Source: a virus
Strand: one strand, 5' to 3'
IMG/VR virus record: IMGVR_UViG_3300044716_000883
Span: 32,001 to 96,000 of that record
Length of the DNA stretch: 64,000 nucleotides
This document shows, piece by piece, positions 8,599 through 16,889 of this stretch (positions within the stretch are counted from its first letter, which is position 1; every line of letters starts with the position of its first letter). The notes below the pieces were generated by a model. The model was not told the origin of the DNA, did not search any database, and worked only from the letters and a program-made list of their open reading frames with translations. Both the position numbers and the translations under genes were made by a program.

Positions 8599-8706
8599 AT
8601 GGGAACAAAAGCAAAAAAGAAAAGAGCAATGAGATCTAGAAAATCTGGACTTAAAACAGTAGCTCAAATAAGCAAAAATTTAGCAATCCTTTCAAAACTA
8701 AAGTAG
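8599..8706 (+). CDS. 35-aa basic peptide (not in ORF track)
   Basis: MGTKAKKKRAMRSRKSGLKTVAQISKNLAILSKLK* fills the intergenic gap. Confidence 0.45.
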   Translation: MGTKAKKKRAMRSRKSGLKTVAQISKNLAILSKLK

Positions 8707-8707
8707 T

Positions 8708-9535
8708 ATGAAAAACTTATTATTTTTATTAGTATTTCTTCCAACATTAGCTTTATCACAAGTTAGCACTTGGAGAGGTGCTACGTCAACACCTAGAGTA
8801 TCAACACAATCATTTCAACAATCAACTCCACAGCGAAATGTTAGTAGCTGGAGAAACGAATCACCAAGAGAATTTAATAGACCTGCAAGAACAAGATCAG
8901 GCTCAAATATTATTGTTAATGATCCTTGGTTAGGTAATAACTGGGGTTGGGGATGGAATAGATGGGATATGTGGGGTGCACCAGCATTTGGTTGGAACTT
9001 TTGGCAACCAATGTGGTACTGGAATGATTGGGGTTATAGACAACCTGCAAGAATCTATGTATATGATAATGGCAAGAGAGATACTATTAAAGGCAAAAAA
9101 CCAATTATCAGCTTTGGTATTCAGGGAACAACAGATGATCAAGTGGGTGGTTTCTTTACAATAGGAAATAAAGGATACTTTATAGTAGAATATACAGCAA
9201 GTAATCTAAGAGATAACTCAACATTCTTTCCTTTTGGAAATATAGCTCAAGTTGATTTTCCAATGGTAAACGACTTAGTTCAAAGACAGAGCTTTTATGT
9301 TGGTGTAGGTAAGCGAATTAAAAGAACAGGTATCCATATGATGATTGGAACTGTAAGTGAAGACGCTAAATGGAGAGGTAAAGATGATTTAGGTTACATA
9401 ACATTTCCTAAGTACTTAGATAGATTTACAACAGTAAAAATAGGTGCACTACACGACTATAAAAATTTTACAATAAAGTTTGATTATGACCCAATAATCA
9501 ATAATAGAACTTTTGGATTGGGTGTTAATTTCTAA
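8708..9535 (+). CDS. outer-membrane beta-barrel protein with Trp/Gly/Asn-rich N-terminal region
   Basis: Signal peptide; alternating beta strands; terminal FGLGVNF (BAM-type C-terminal Phe). Confidence 0.7.
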   Translation: MKNLLFLLVFLPTLALSQVSTWRGATSTPRVSTQSFQQSTPQRNVSSWRNESPREFNRPARTRSGSNIIVNDPWLGNNWGWGWNRWDMWGAPAFGWNFWQPMWYWNDWGYRQPARIYVYDNGKRDTIKGKKPIISFGIQGTTDDQVGGFFTIGNKGYFIVEYTASNLRDNSTFFPFGNIAQVDFPMVNDLVQRQSFYVGVGKRIKRTGIHMMIGTVSEDAKWRGKDDLGYITFPKYLDRFTTVKIGALHDYKNFTIKFDYDPIINNRTFGLGVNF

Positions 9536-9536
9536 A

Positions 9537-10988
9537 ATGAAAAAATGGTTAGTAAGTATATTATTAATCGTTATATGTTTATTCGCTAAGATAGCGAACG
9601 GACAAGTTTACACTCAAACATTCATTGACAAATGCACTGGTCAAACCAAAGTAGCTACAACTACAATGGTTAACGGAAACGCTATCGTTTCATTCTATGG
9701 TCAAATTAAGACATTTACTCCAGCGCAAGTAACAAACGGAGAATTACAAGCTTGGCTTCAAGCAACGTATGTATCCTACAATTCACTAGCATGTCCAGTA
9801 TCAACTCCCGTAGTAACACAGACAGTGACTCAGGCAGTGTCGCAGGCAGCATCACAAGCAGCATCATCAGCAGCAAGCTCAGCAGCGTCATCAGCCGCTT
9901 CATCAGCAGCCTCAAGCGCAGCAAGTGGAGCAGCTTCAGGAGCAGCAAGCGGAGCCGCAAGTGGAGCAGCATCAAGCGGAGCAGCAGCTTCAAGTGGCGC
10001 TTCAGCCTCAAGCGGTACAGCAGCATCCTCGAGTGGATCTTCATCCCAATCATCATCGGGTTCGTCCTCGTCTTCATCTTCTGGTTCGTCATCCTCATCT
10101 GGGGAATCGTCTTCATCAAGCTCATCTGGAAGCAGCAAAAGCGAAAGCAAATCAGAGACAAAATCAGAATCAAAGAGCGAATCTAAATCTGAAAGTAAAA
10201 GCGAATCTAAAGAAGAAAAGAAATCAGAAACTAAAGAGGAAAAAAAAGAGGAGAAGAAAGAAGAATCTAAAGAGGAAAAAAAGGAAGAGAAAAAAGAAGA
10301 TAAGAAAGAAGACAAAAAGGATGATAAGAAACAAGCCAAAATGAATCCTATAATGATAGGTTCAGATCTAACTGTAGCACAAAATCCTACAGGTGGATTC
10401 ACACCAATCATATCATTAAGTATGTCTCAAGCATCTGCTACAGGCGAATCAAGTTGGGGTATATCAAGTATGGTATGGGCTGATTTAAAGTCATTCGCTT
10501 TATCTGCGAATAAAAGCGATATGAACTTTAAGAACGGAGTACTCAAATCAATAGATGCTTATTCATATACCGTTGCTTACGTCGCAGGTACGCATATGAC
10601 TTTTGGTGGTTATACTCACATTATACCACATCCAAAATATGGTACGTTCGGCTATAACTTATCTGTTATTAATATTAAATTGAAAGAAGCTGTTGGTTAC
10701 TCATATTCAATGATGTCATCAACAACAGCATTCTGGACTAAACCATATCAAATAAGCAGAAAATCAACATTATCTCCAGGTGTATTCTTAATGGCGTCGC
10801 CATACACGTACAACAGCAAATCAGGCAGTACATGGAATTACAATGTAATGGGTTTGGTGGGCACAGGATATAGTTTTAAATTGAGTAAACGATTTGGGTT
10901 TAATATTGACTATAAAGCAAGCTTATCAACAGTACCAGGTACACCAATACTTAGCTTCTTCCTTGTAGGTTCAAGATTACAACTATAA
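9537..10988 (+). CDS. exported protein: Ala/Ser-rich and EKKEE-rich stalk plus C-terminal beta-barrel-like domain
   Basis: Signal peptide; AASSAA/SSGSS/SKSE/EKKEE low-complexity tracts; amphipathic strands ending GSRLQL. Confidence 0.65.
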   Translation: MKKWLVSILLIVICLFAKIANGQVYTQTFIDKCTGQTKVATTTMVNGNAIVSFYGQIKTFTPAQVTNGELQAWLQATYVSYNSLACPVSTPVVTQTVTQAVSQAASQAASSAASSAASSAASSAASSAASGAASGAASGAASGAASSGAAASSGASASSGTAASSSGSSSQSSSGSSSSSSSGSSSSSGESSSSSSSGSSKSESKSETKSESKSESKSESKSESKEEKKSETKEEKKEEKKEESKEEKKEEKKEDKKEDKKDDKKQAKMNPIMIGSDLTVAQNPTGGFTPIISLSMSQASATGESSWGISSMVWADLKSFALSANKSDMNFKNGVLKSIDAYSYTVAYVAGTHMTFGGYTHIIPHPKYGTFGYNLSVINIKLKEAVGYSYSMMSSTTAFWTKPYQISRKSTLSPGVFLMASPYTYNSKSGSTWNYNVMGLVGTGYSFKLSKRFGFNIDYKASLSTVPGTPILSFFLVGSRLQL

Positions 10989-10989
10989 A

Positions 10990-11021
10990 TTTGGGTTGGG
11001 CAAAATTTTAACGTATATTTA
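10990..11021 (+). promoter_or_regulatory. early-type promoter motif TTTG-N4-GGGCA-N10-GTATATTTA (first of about 27 copies)
   Basis: RGGCA box recurs at 12512, 16388, 16836, 18469, 19494, 19970, 20476, 20775, 21034, 21945, 23190, 24632, 25534, 25741, 26021, 26668, 27485, 27809, 28085, 50541 and others, each followed after 10-11 nt by RTAKATTYA. Confidence 0.8.
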
Positions 11022-11056
11022 TTCTCGCTTAATTAATTAACAAAAACACAATTATT

Positions 11057-11218
11057 ATGAAAAAAGCAACATTAGTATTCGTAGTAGCATTAACATTAGC
11101 TGCTTGCGGAACTGGAAACACTGAGACTGTAGCAACTGATTCAACTGCTGTGTCTGCTGATACTACTGCTGTAGTAGCTGCTGACTCGACGAGTGTTGAT
11201 TCAACTACTACTAAGTAA
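11057..11218 (+). CDS. 53-aa lipoprotein with D-S/T-T repeats (not in ORF track)
   Basis: MKKATLVFVVALTLAA-C lipobox; DST, DTT, DST, DST. Confidence 0.8.
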   Translation: MKKATLVFVVALTLAACGTGNTETVATDSTAVSADTTAVVAADSTSVDSTTTK

Positions 11219-11270
11219 TGATCGTGGCCTGTCTTTTGGACGGGCCAACTTTCTGCTTTAAATTAACATT

Positions 11271-11636
11271 ATGTATAAGATTAAGAACAAAATAAGACAA
11301 ATACGTAAATTAATACGTTGGATACCTATCTTATGGAGAGATAGAGATTGGGATTATTATTTTGTTTATGAAATATTAAAACAAAAATTAATTGATACTG
11401 AAAAGTATATTCGTAGAGATGGTTTACATGTATTTAATGAGCACGATGCTGATAGTATTAAAACAGCAATCGAAATGATAGAGAAAGTACAAACTGAATA
11501 TCATCTTGATAAATACTTATCAGAAGCAACTGAGTGGACTACTGAGGGAATGAATAAAGCTATAAAGGATCATAATAAAGCTAAACAAGAATTATTCAAA
11601 TATCTAAACAATAACATTGAAAAATGGTGGGACTAG
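11271..11636 (+). CDS. hypothetical phage protein
   Basis: 121 aa ORF with A-rich leader. Confidence 0.7.
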   Translation: MYKIKNKIRQIRKLIRWIPILWRDRDWDYYFVYEILKQKLIDTEKYIRRDGLHVFNEHDADSIKTAIEMIEKVQTEYHLDKYLSEATEWTTEGMNKAIKDHNKAKQELFKYLNNNIEKWWD

Positions 11637-11854
11637 GTAAAAAATGTATTAAATGTTTACGTTGGTATCCTAAATTTATGTTTAGAAAGGATGGTAGGGT
11701 ATACCAAGTTGCAACTGAATTAGGTAAAGTTAGAACATGTAGAATATGTTCTTGGAAAGAATCAGGTAGAGATAGTGTTGTAAGATGGAATGGAACTAAA
11801 TTTGAAGTTGTAACTTTAACATTAAAGCAACGAATTAAAGAATTATTAGGATGA
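11624..11854 (+). CDS. small Cys-containing (zinc-ribbon-like) protein
   Basis: CIKC...CRIC. Confidence 0.5.
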   Translation: MVGLGKKCIKCLRWYPKFMFRKDGRVYQVATELGKVRTCRICSWKESGRDSVVRWNGTKFEVVTLTLKQRIKELLG

Positions 11855-11987
11855 TAGCACTAATTATATCAATTGCAGTAGCAACTATTATATCTATACT
11901 TTGGGTTAGAGGTATAGATAACATGAAACAAAATCCTGACTATAAGGGATACGATTTATTTGATGAAGAAGATAAAAACAATATAAT

Positions 11988-12248
11988 ATGAAACAATACA
12001 TTAGCCCAATATTAACAGCATGCTCATTAATTGCCCTGTTAACAACAATTTACTTTCAGAATGAAAGAGTTAATCAATTTAAATTTGAAGTAAAAACATT
12101 AAAATCAACAGCAGATAGTTTACACGATGAATTATTTATTAGACACGTTATAAATGAAAGATACGAGTTATCTCTAGATCATTTACAGAAAGTAAATCCA
12201 AATGCTGCTCTTGAGTTTGTAAATTTTATGAACCACGAGACTGAATAG
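11988..12248 (+). CDS. membrane-anchored hypothetical protein
   Basis: N-terminal hydrophobic helix plus coiled coil. Confidence 0.6.
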   Translation: MKQYISPILTACSLIALLTTIYFQNERVNQFKFEVKTLKSTADSLHDELFIRHVINERYELSLDHLQKVNPNAALEFVNFMNHETE

Positions 12249-12283
12249 TATCACTTCCTAATTAGCGTATATTTATATATGCT

Positions 12284-12511
12284 ATGATACGATACGCTAA
12301 ACATAATAATAAAGAATACATCGTAATAGATAGCTCGTTTGAAATTAACGGGCTAAAATCCCCACTGCACGTTCAAATTAATATTAATGGTTTTACTCAA
12401 GAGGAAAAAGACTTACTGTATAAAACATCTGCAGTAGCTTTTAATCGTCACATCAATTTCTCTAAAAAACCTACAGTAGCTCCTAAGAAACCTTGGTGGA
12501 ATATTTGGTGA
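12284..12511 (+). CDS. hypothetical protein
   Basis: ORF after ATATTTAT box; KKPWWNIW C-terminus. Confidence 0.6.
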   Translation: MIRYAKHNNKEYIVIDSSFEINGLKSPLHVQININGFTQEEKDLLYKTSAVAFNRHINFSKKPTVAPKKPWWNIW

Positions 12512-12539
12512 AGGCAAAACAATAGCTTAGATTTAAGCT

Positions 12540-13340
12540 ATGAAATTAGTAGTAATAGGCGATATTCATGGTCGTGATATATGGAAACAAATCGTAGCTA
12601 AAGAGCACGACGATACAGATGAATTTATATTTGTAGGTGATTACTTTGATTCATTTACAGTTAAAGGTCTAGACCAAATAAATAACTTTCTAGACATTAT
12701 TGATTTCAGAAACACATCTATATACCATAAAGTAACATTATTAATTGGTAACCACGATTATCATTATTACCCAGGTATTGAGGATAATGGCACCTCAGGC
12801 TACCAAACATTAATGGCGCCATCAATCAAACACGTAGTAAGCGAAAATAAACAATATCTACAAGCAGCTTATCAAGTTGACGAATTTGTTTTTACACACG
12901 CTGGATTAAGTAGTGAATGGTTAGATGATAATATTGTAATGTGGGATGTACCTAATTTAGCAATGTATGTTAATGATTTATTCTATTATCAACCTCAAAA
13001 ATTAGCTTATCGTTCATATAAACAAGTTGGAGATAAAGTATATGGAGTTGGTGGTTATGGTAATGAAACATTTCAGGGTCCACTTTGGATCAGACCTAAA
13101 GCATTAATGGCTGCTAATAAGTCTACTCAAGACGGTAAACTTACTAATAAAGAAACCCTTAAAAACCATATCATTCAGGTAGTAGGACATACACCACAAG
13201 ATACAATTGATATTAAAGGTAAATCTACTGGCGGTAGATATTACTTCATAGACACACTTGAATATGGACAAAATCAATATTTGGTGATCAAAGATGGAGT
13301 CGTATCTTTAGGAGAATTAAATAATAAAGATGAAAAGTAA
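12540..13340 (+). CDS. calcineurin-like metallophosphoesterase
   Basis: GDIHG, GDYFD, GNHD, THAG, GHT motifs. Confidence 0.9.
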   Translation: MKLVVIGDIHGRDIWKQIVAKEHDDTDEFIFVGDYFDSFTVKGLDQINNFLDIIDFRNTSIYHKVTLLIGNHDYHYYPGIEDNGTSGYQTLMAPSIKHVVSENKQYLQAAYQVDEFVFTHAGLSSEWLDDNIVMWDVPNLAMYVNDLFYYQPQKLAYRSYKQVGDKVYGVGGYGNETFQGPLWIRPKALMAANKSTQDGKLTNKETLKNHIIQVVGHTPQDTIDIKGKSTGGRYYFIDTLEYGQNQYLVIKDGVVSLGELNNKDEK

Positions 13341-13950
13341 ATTCTACATCAAGGATAAACGAACACTAAAACAGAAACTAACTGACTTTGGTCATAGTAT
13401 GTTGTTCTGGAGGGGTAGAAAGAAAGGTATGATTCATACTAGGAATATTACTTGGAATGATATTAGAGCTGTATTCTTCCCTAAGAACTTCTATGAAAAA
13501 TATCATTACTTAGGATCAGTTCCATATAATAAGTTAGGTCCTATTTTTGAAGCAATGGAGCCGTTAGTAATCTTTATGGATTATAAAGCAAAGCCTTGGT
13601 GGTGTCCTAGATGGTTTCTTAGATTCTTACATTTGTTTGGTGATGATAATTCAATAGTGAGAGTTAGGAATAGGTTTCTAAGCAATCTAAAATGCAAAAT
13701 CACAGGACACATTGCAATGATGGACTACAAAACCAAATGGACTGATTATGATTTAAGAATATCAGTTGTAGGAAATAGGCAAGTACAAAATTTAACTGAT
13801 GCTATTGAAGCTAGATACTATGAAGTAGGTTATAGAACAGACCTTGCAGATCAAATCAAAAAATTAGATCCAGATACGGTATATAATAGTGGTTATACAA
13901 TTAGTAGTATGAAAGCAGAATTAATGAGATTAGGACATGAAGAATATTAA
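13330..13950 (+). CDS. hypothetical protein
   Basis: 206 aa ORF overlapping previous stop. Confidence 0.65.
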   Translation: MKSKFYIKDKRTLKQKLTDFGHSMLFWRGRKKGMIHTRNITWNDIRAVFFPKNFYEKYHYLGSVPYNKLGPIFEAMEPLVIFMDYKAKPWWCPRWFLRFLHLFGDDNSIVRVRNRFLSNLKCKITGHIAMMDYKTKWTDYDLRISVVGNRQVQNLTDAIEARYYEVGYRTDLADQIKKLDPDTVYNSGYTISSMKAELMRLGHEEY

Positions 13951-13965
13951 ACCAAAATATTTGAA

Positions 13966-14274
13966 ATGAAACGAGAAGATAAAAATAAGTTAATATTAAA
14001 GGAACTGATTGATAAGATGTTTGAGATGGCAGGACACGATCTTAAATTTGAAGATGTAGAAGATAGAAAGGATAATTGGTTTCAACAATACACAATGACT
14101 GAGGCTCAAAATGAGGAGTGGAGGGATTGGGGTATTAAATTAATAATGAAAAAGCGACGTTATAATAGGTACTTAGCAGATCGCGAAATGAGAATGTTAG
14201 ATTTATATTGTGGACTAAAAATATCAGATTCAAAATATGACACCAAAAGAAAAAGCAATAGAAATAGTAAATAA
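13966..14274 (+). CDS. hypothetical protein
   Basis: 102 aa ORF in co-directional array. Confidence 0.6.
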   Translation: MKREDKNKLILKELIDKMFEMAGHDLKFEDVEDRKDNWFQQYTMTEAQNEEWRDWGIKLIMKKRRYNRYLADREMRMLDLYCGLKISDSKYDTKRKSNRNSK

Positions 14275-14467
14275 ATACATGAGTATAAGAAGTATTAATT
14301 TACATGATCATTCAATAATATACTTACTACAACATAAACAGTGTGCATTGGTAGCAGTAGATGAGATAATAAAAGCAACAAAAGGATATTCATATGTAGT
14401 GGGATATGATATGTTGAGTCACGATATCTATTGGGAAGATGTAAAACAAGAAATAGAAAACCTATGA
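14237..14467 (+). CDS. hypothetical phage protein (MTPKEKA-type)
   Basis: MTPKEKA...AKQCALVAVDEII...YWEDVKQEIENL pattern. Confidence 0.6.
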   Translation: MTPKEKAIEIVNKYMSIRSINLHDHSIIYLLQHKQCALVAVDEIIKATKGYSYVVGYDMLSHDIYWEDVKQEIENL

Positions 14468-14667
14468 CAGGTAAAAAACAACCTAAACGCAACTGGTTCA
14501 TTGTAATGAACTCACAACTAGAATACTTTTGTGGATTAATGTATGGTGGTCAGTTAGTATGGAGTAGTGATTACAACGAAGCAAAACCACTAGACGACGA
14601 ACGCAAATTTAGAACGTTACAAATGCTTTGTATGGGCGAGGAACTAGTCTTAGATTATATTAAATAA
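14464..14667 (+). CDS. hypothetical protein
   Basis: ATGA overlap with previous stop. Confidence 0.6.
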   Translation: MTGKKQPKRNWFIVMNSQLEYFCGLMYGGQLVWSSDYNEAKPLDDERKFRTLQMLCMGEELVLDYIK

Positions 14668-14673
14668 GTAGTT

Positions 14674-14862
14674 ATGGAAGACGAATATATGAAACGCGTT
14701 CGAGAACGCTTCTATAAACAGGTAAGAGAAACAAATTGGGGAGCTGGTGATGAGAAAGTATGTAAACCTAGAGGCCGCAAACCAAAACAATACACTAGAC
14801 CAGATTCAGTCCCTTATAAATCACTAAACGATATAAAACAATCTAAATACAATTGGCTATGA
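14674..14862 (+). CDS. hypothetical basic protein
   Basis: 62 aa ORF with AAGTAGTTATG leader. Confidence 0.55.
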   Translation: MEDEYMKRVRERFYKQVRETNWGAGDEKVCKPRGRKPKQYTRPDSVPYKSLNDIKQSKYNWL

Positions 14863-15143
14863 GTAGTATCAGTATAGACGTAGACATTGATGATATCATC
14901 TGGGGAATGGGCTCTTATGATAGAAGAGAATTCTTTAAATCAATGCAAGATGAAGGTTACATTTCTAAATCATGTATCATTACAAAGGATGGTGAAGTTA
15001 AAGCAGCAGGCCATATAGAACGAAATAAAATAGCTGAAAGTAATGATGATTTTAACAAAGCGCTACAAATATTATTTGGTAGGGGTTGGCTGTTAACTAA
15101 GGAACAAGAACAATATGTAATTGAACTAGCAAAACGATTCTAA
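14853..15143 (+). CDS. hypothetical protein
   Basis: 96 aa ORF. Confidence 0.55.
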   Translation: MAMSSISIDVDIDDIIWGMGSYDRREFFKSMQDEGYISKSCIITKDGEVKAAGHIERNKIAESNDDFNKALQILFGRGWLLTKEQEQYVIELAKRF

Positions 15144-15144
15144 T

Positions 15145-15339
15145 ATGGAAAATAAGTATAAGTTACTACCTCACAATTATTTCGGATTTGAATTATTCGA
15201 AGAAGTATTTAAAGTAATTAATGAGCGTGGTTATCAACACGATGATCAAATGTTTAAAGCTGGTGTAGCAAGCGCCGAAGCTGCAGTTAGACGTTTACGT
15301 GAAGAATACTACGAAGCGATCTCAACCACTCCGTTCTAG
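15145..15339 (+). CDS. hypothetical protein
   Basis: 64 aa ORF. Confidence 0.55.
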   Translation: MENKYKLLPHNYFGFELFEEVFKVINERGYQHDDQMFKAGVASAEAAVRRLREEYYEAISTTPF

Positions 15340-15362
15340 TAGAGTTATGGATATTTATAGGC

Positions 15363-15995
15363 ATGAAGAAATGCCTAATATCCCTACTATTAACATTAGT
15401 AGCAGTTATATCTTATAGTCAAGATGTAGTTACATTAACACACAAGTCGTATACAACACATTATAGTAAGTCAAAACACTATCCAGTTAAGGTAGAGTGG
15501 TGGGTTACTAGAGCAAATTTAACATGTGCTGTTAAAGCCAAGCGTGGTGATAAATTTATAGCTGATCCTAAATTACCAGCCGAAACAAATTTACAAGCAG
15601 ATTATACAGGTCAAGGATTCGATCGTGGACACAATTTCCCAGCAGCAGACGCTGCTTGTGATCAAGTGGCAAACGACGAATCATTTTATTTTAGTAACAT
15701 GACCGCTCAATACCCAGCACTCAATCGTGGTGATTGGAAAGCATTAGAAACATTAGTACGCGACTACGCTATTAAAGAAGATTCAGTACACGTTTGGTGT
15801 GGGTCAGTAGGTGTAGCTAAGAAAATTGGTACAACATCAGTTCCAACACAGTGTTGGAAAGTAATATACTTCAAGAAATCAAACGAATGGATGGCTTTCT
15901 TATTTGATAACAATACAAGTAAAGCAGACGGACTTAAGAATAATGAAGCAACATTAGCTGATATTGAAAAATTAACTGGCTTTAAATTTAAGTAA
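15363..15995 (+). CDS. secreted DNA/RNA non-specific endonuclease (NucA/EndA family)
   Basis: Signal peptide; FDRGHNFPAAD; FYFSNMTAQY..LNRG.W motifs. Confidence 0.9.
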   Translation: MKKCLISLLLTLVAVISYSQDVVTLTHKSYTTHYSKSKHYPVKVEWWVTRANLTCAVKAKRGDKFIADPKLPAETNLQADYTGQGFDRGHNFPAADAACDQVANDESFYFSNMTAQYPALNRGDWKALETLVRDYAIKEDSVHVWCGSVGVAKKIGTTSVPTQCWKVIYFKKSNEWMAFLFDNNTSKADGLKNNEATLADIEKLTGFKFK

Positions 15996-15999
15996 AACA

Positions 16000-16398
16000 A
16001 TGTTTACCCCAAACCACTTACACCTATTAGTGAAAGGTTATATCACTAACCCCCCAAAATCAGAAGAAACTTTAAATATTTGGTTTCGAGAATTAGTAAA
16101 TAAAGTAGGAATGGTTGTTGTCGCAGGACCAACTTCAGTTTATGTTAATGAACCTGGAAATGAGGGCATAACAGGAACCGTAACTTTAGCTACATCACAT
16201 GCTTCAATTCACGTGTGGGATGCTTTAGAATTACCTATGTTCCAATTTGATTTATATAGTTGTTCAGATTTTACTCCTGAACAAGTACTAAATCACATCG
16301 ATGAGAATTTCTCATTACAATCAGCAACATGGCAGTTCATAGATAGGAATAGCGATGATTTCAAGTTGATTGATAGTGGGAAGTGGAAGGCAGAGTAA
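16000..16398 (+). CDS. speD: pyruvoyl-dependent S-adenosylmethionine decarboxylase family proenzyme
   Basis: HLHLLVKG; GITGTVTLATSHASIHVW; FDLYSC. Confidence 0.8.
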   Translation: MFTPNHLHLLVKGYITNPPKSEETLNIWFRELVNKVGMVVVAGPTSVYVNEPGNEGITGTVTLATSHASIHVWDALELPMFQFDLYSCSDFTPEQVLNHIDENFSLQSATWQFIDRNSDDFKLIDSGKWKAE

Positions 16399-16429
16399 TG
16401 GTCGTAGATTTACGTCAAATAAATAAATA

Positions 16430-16636
16430 ATGGCAATACAAACTAGAGACGAAGCACAAGACAAATTCAGTAGAAGAGTAGACAAAACATTATTTAAAAA
16501 GAAAAAACATGTGCCATTGAGCCAAGAGTCATGGGATGACTTGAGTCGTAGAGGTGCATCGTTGGCTGAGCAGGAAGAGTGGATTAAATTGAGACGTAGA
16601 CAAAAAGAACGAGAAGACAACATTAAAAATAGCTAA
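16430..16636 (+). CDS. hypothetical basic protein
   Basis: Follows promoter motif at 16388. Confidence 0.6.
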   Translation: MAIQTRDEAQDKFSRRVDKTLFKKKKHVPLSQESWDDLSRRGASLAEQEEWIKLRRRQKEREDNIKNS

Positions 16637-16637
16637 G

Positions 16638-16832
16638 ATGACAACCAACACAGAGTTAGAACTTAAATGCCTTAAAATTGAGGCAATGGTTAGAGCAATG
16701 GTAATGAATGGCGTTACGGATAATCGAAAGTTAGTTGACGCTGTTAGCAACTATTACCCACCACTATCAGCATGGGAACAAGAAATGTTCAGTGAAGCGA
16801 TTATATACGCAAAGTATGGAGTCCTAAATTAG
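16638..16832 (+). CDS. hypothetical protein
   Basis: 64 aa ORF. Confidence 0.55.
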   Translation: MTTNTELELKCLKIEAMVRAMVMNGVTDNRKLVDAVSNYYPPLSAWEQEMFSEAIIYAKYGVLN

Positions 16833-16889
16833 GGCAGGCAGGGTAGATAGTGTAGATTTAAGTATTATAAAAAATTAAAATAAAAGGTT

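Noticed and set aside
9715-10411. Long overlapping ORFs in other frames and on the minus strand
   Set aside because: Shadows of the Ala/Ser/Glu/Lys low-complexity coding tract of 9537-10988
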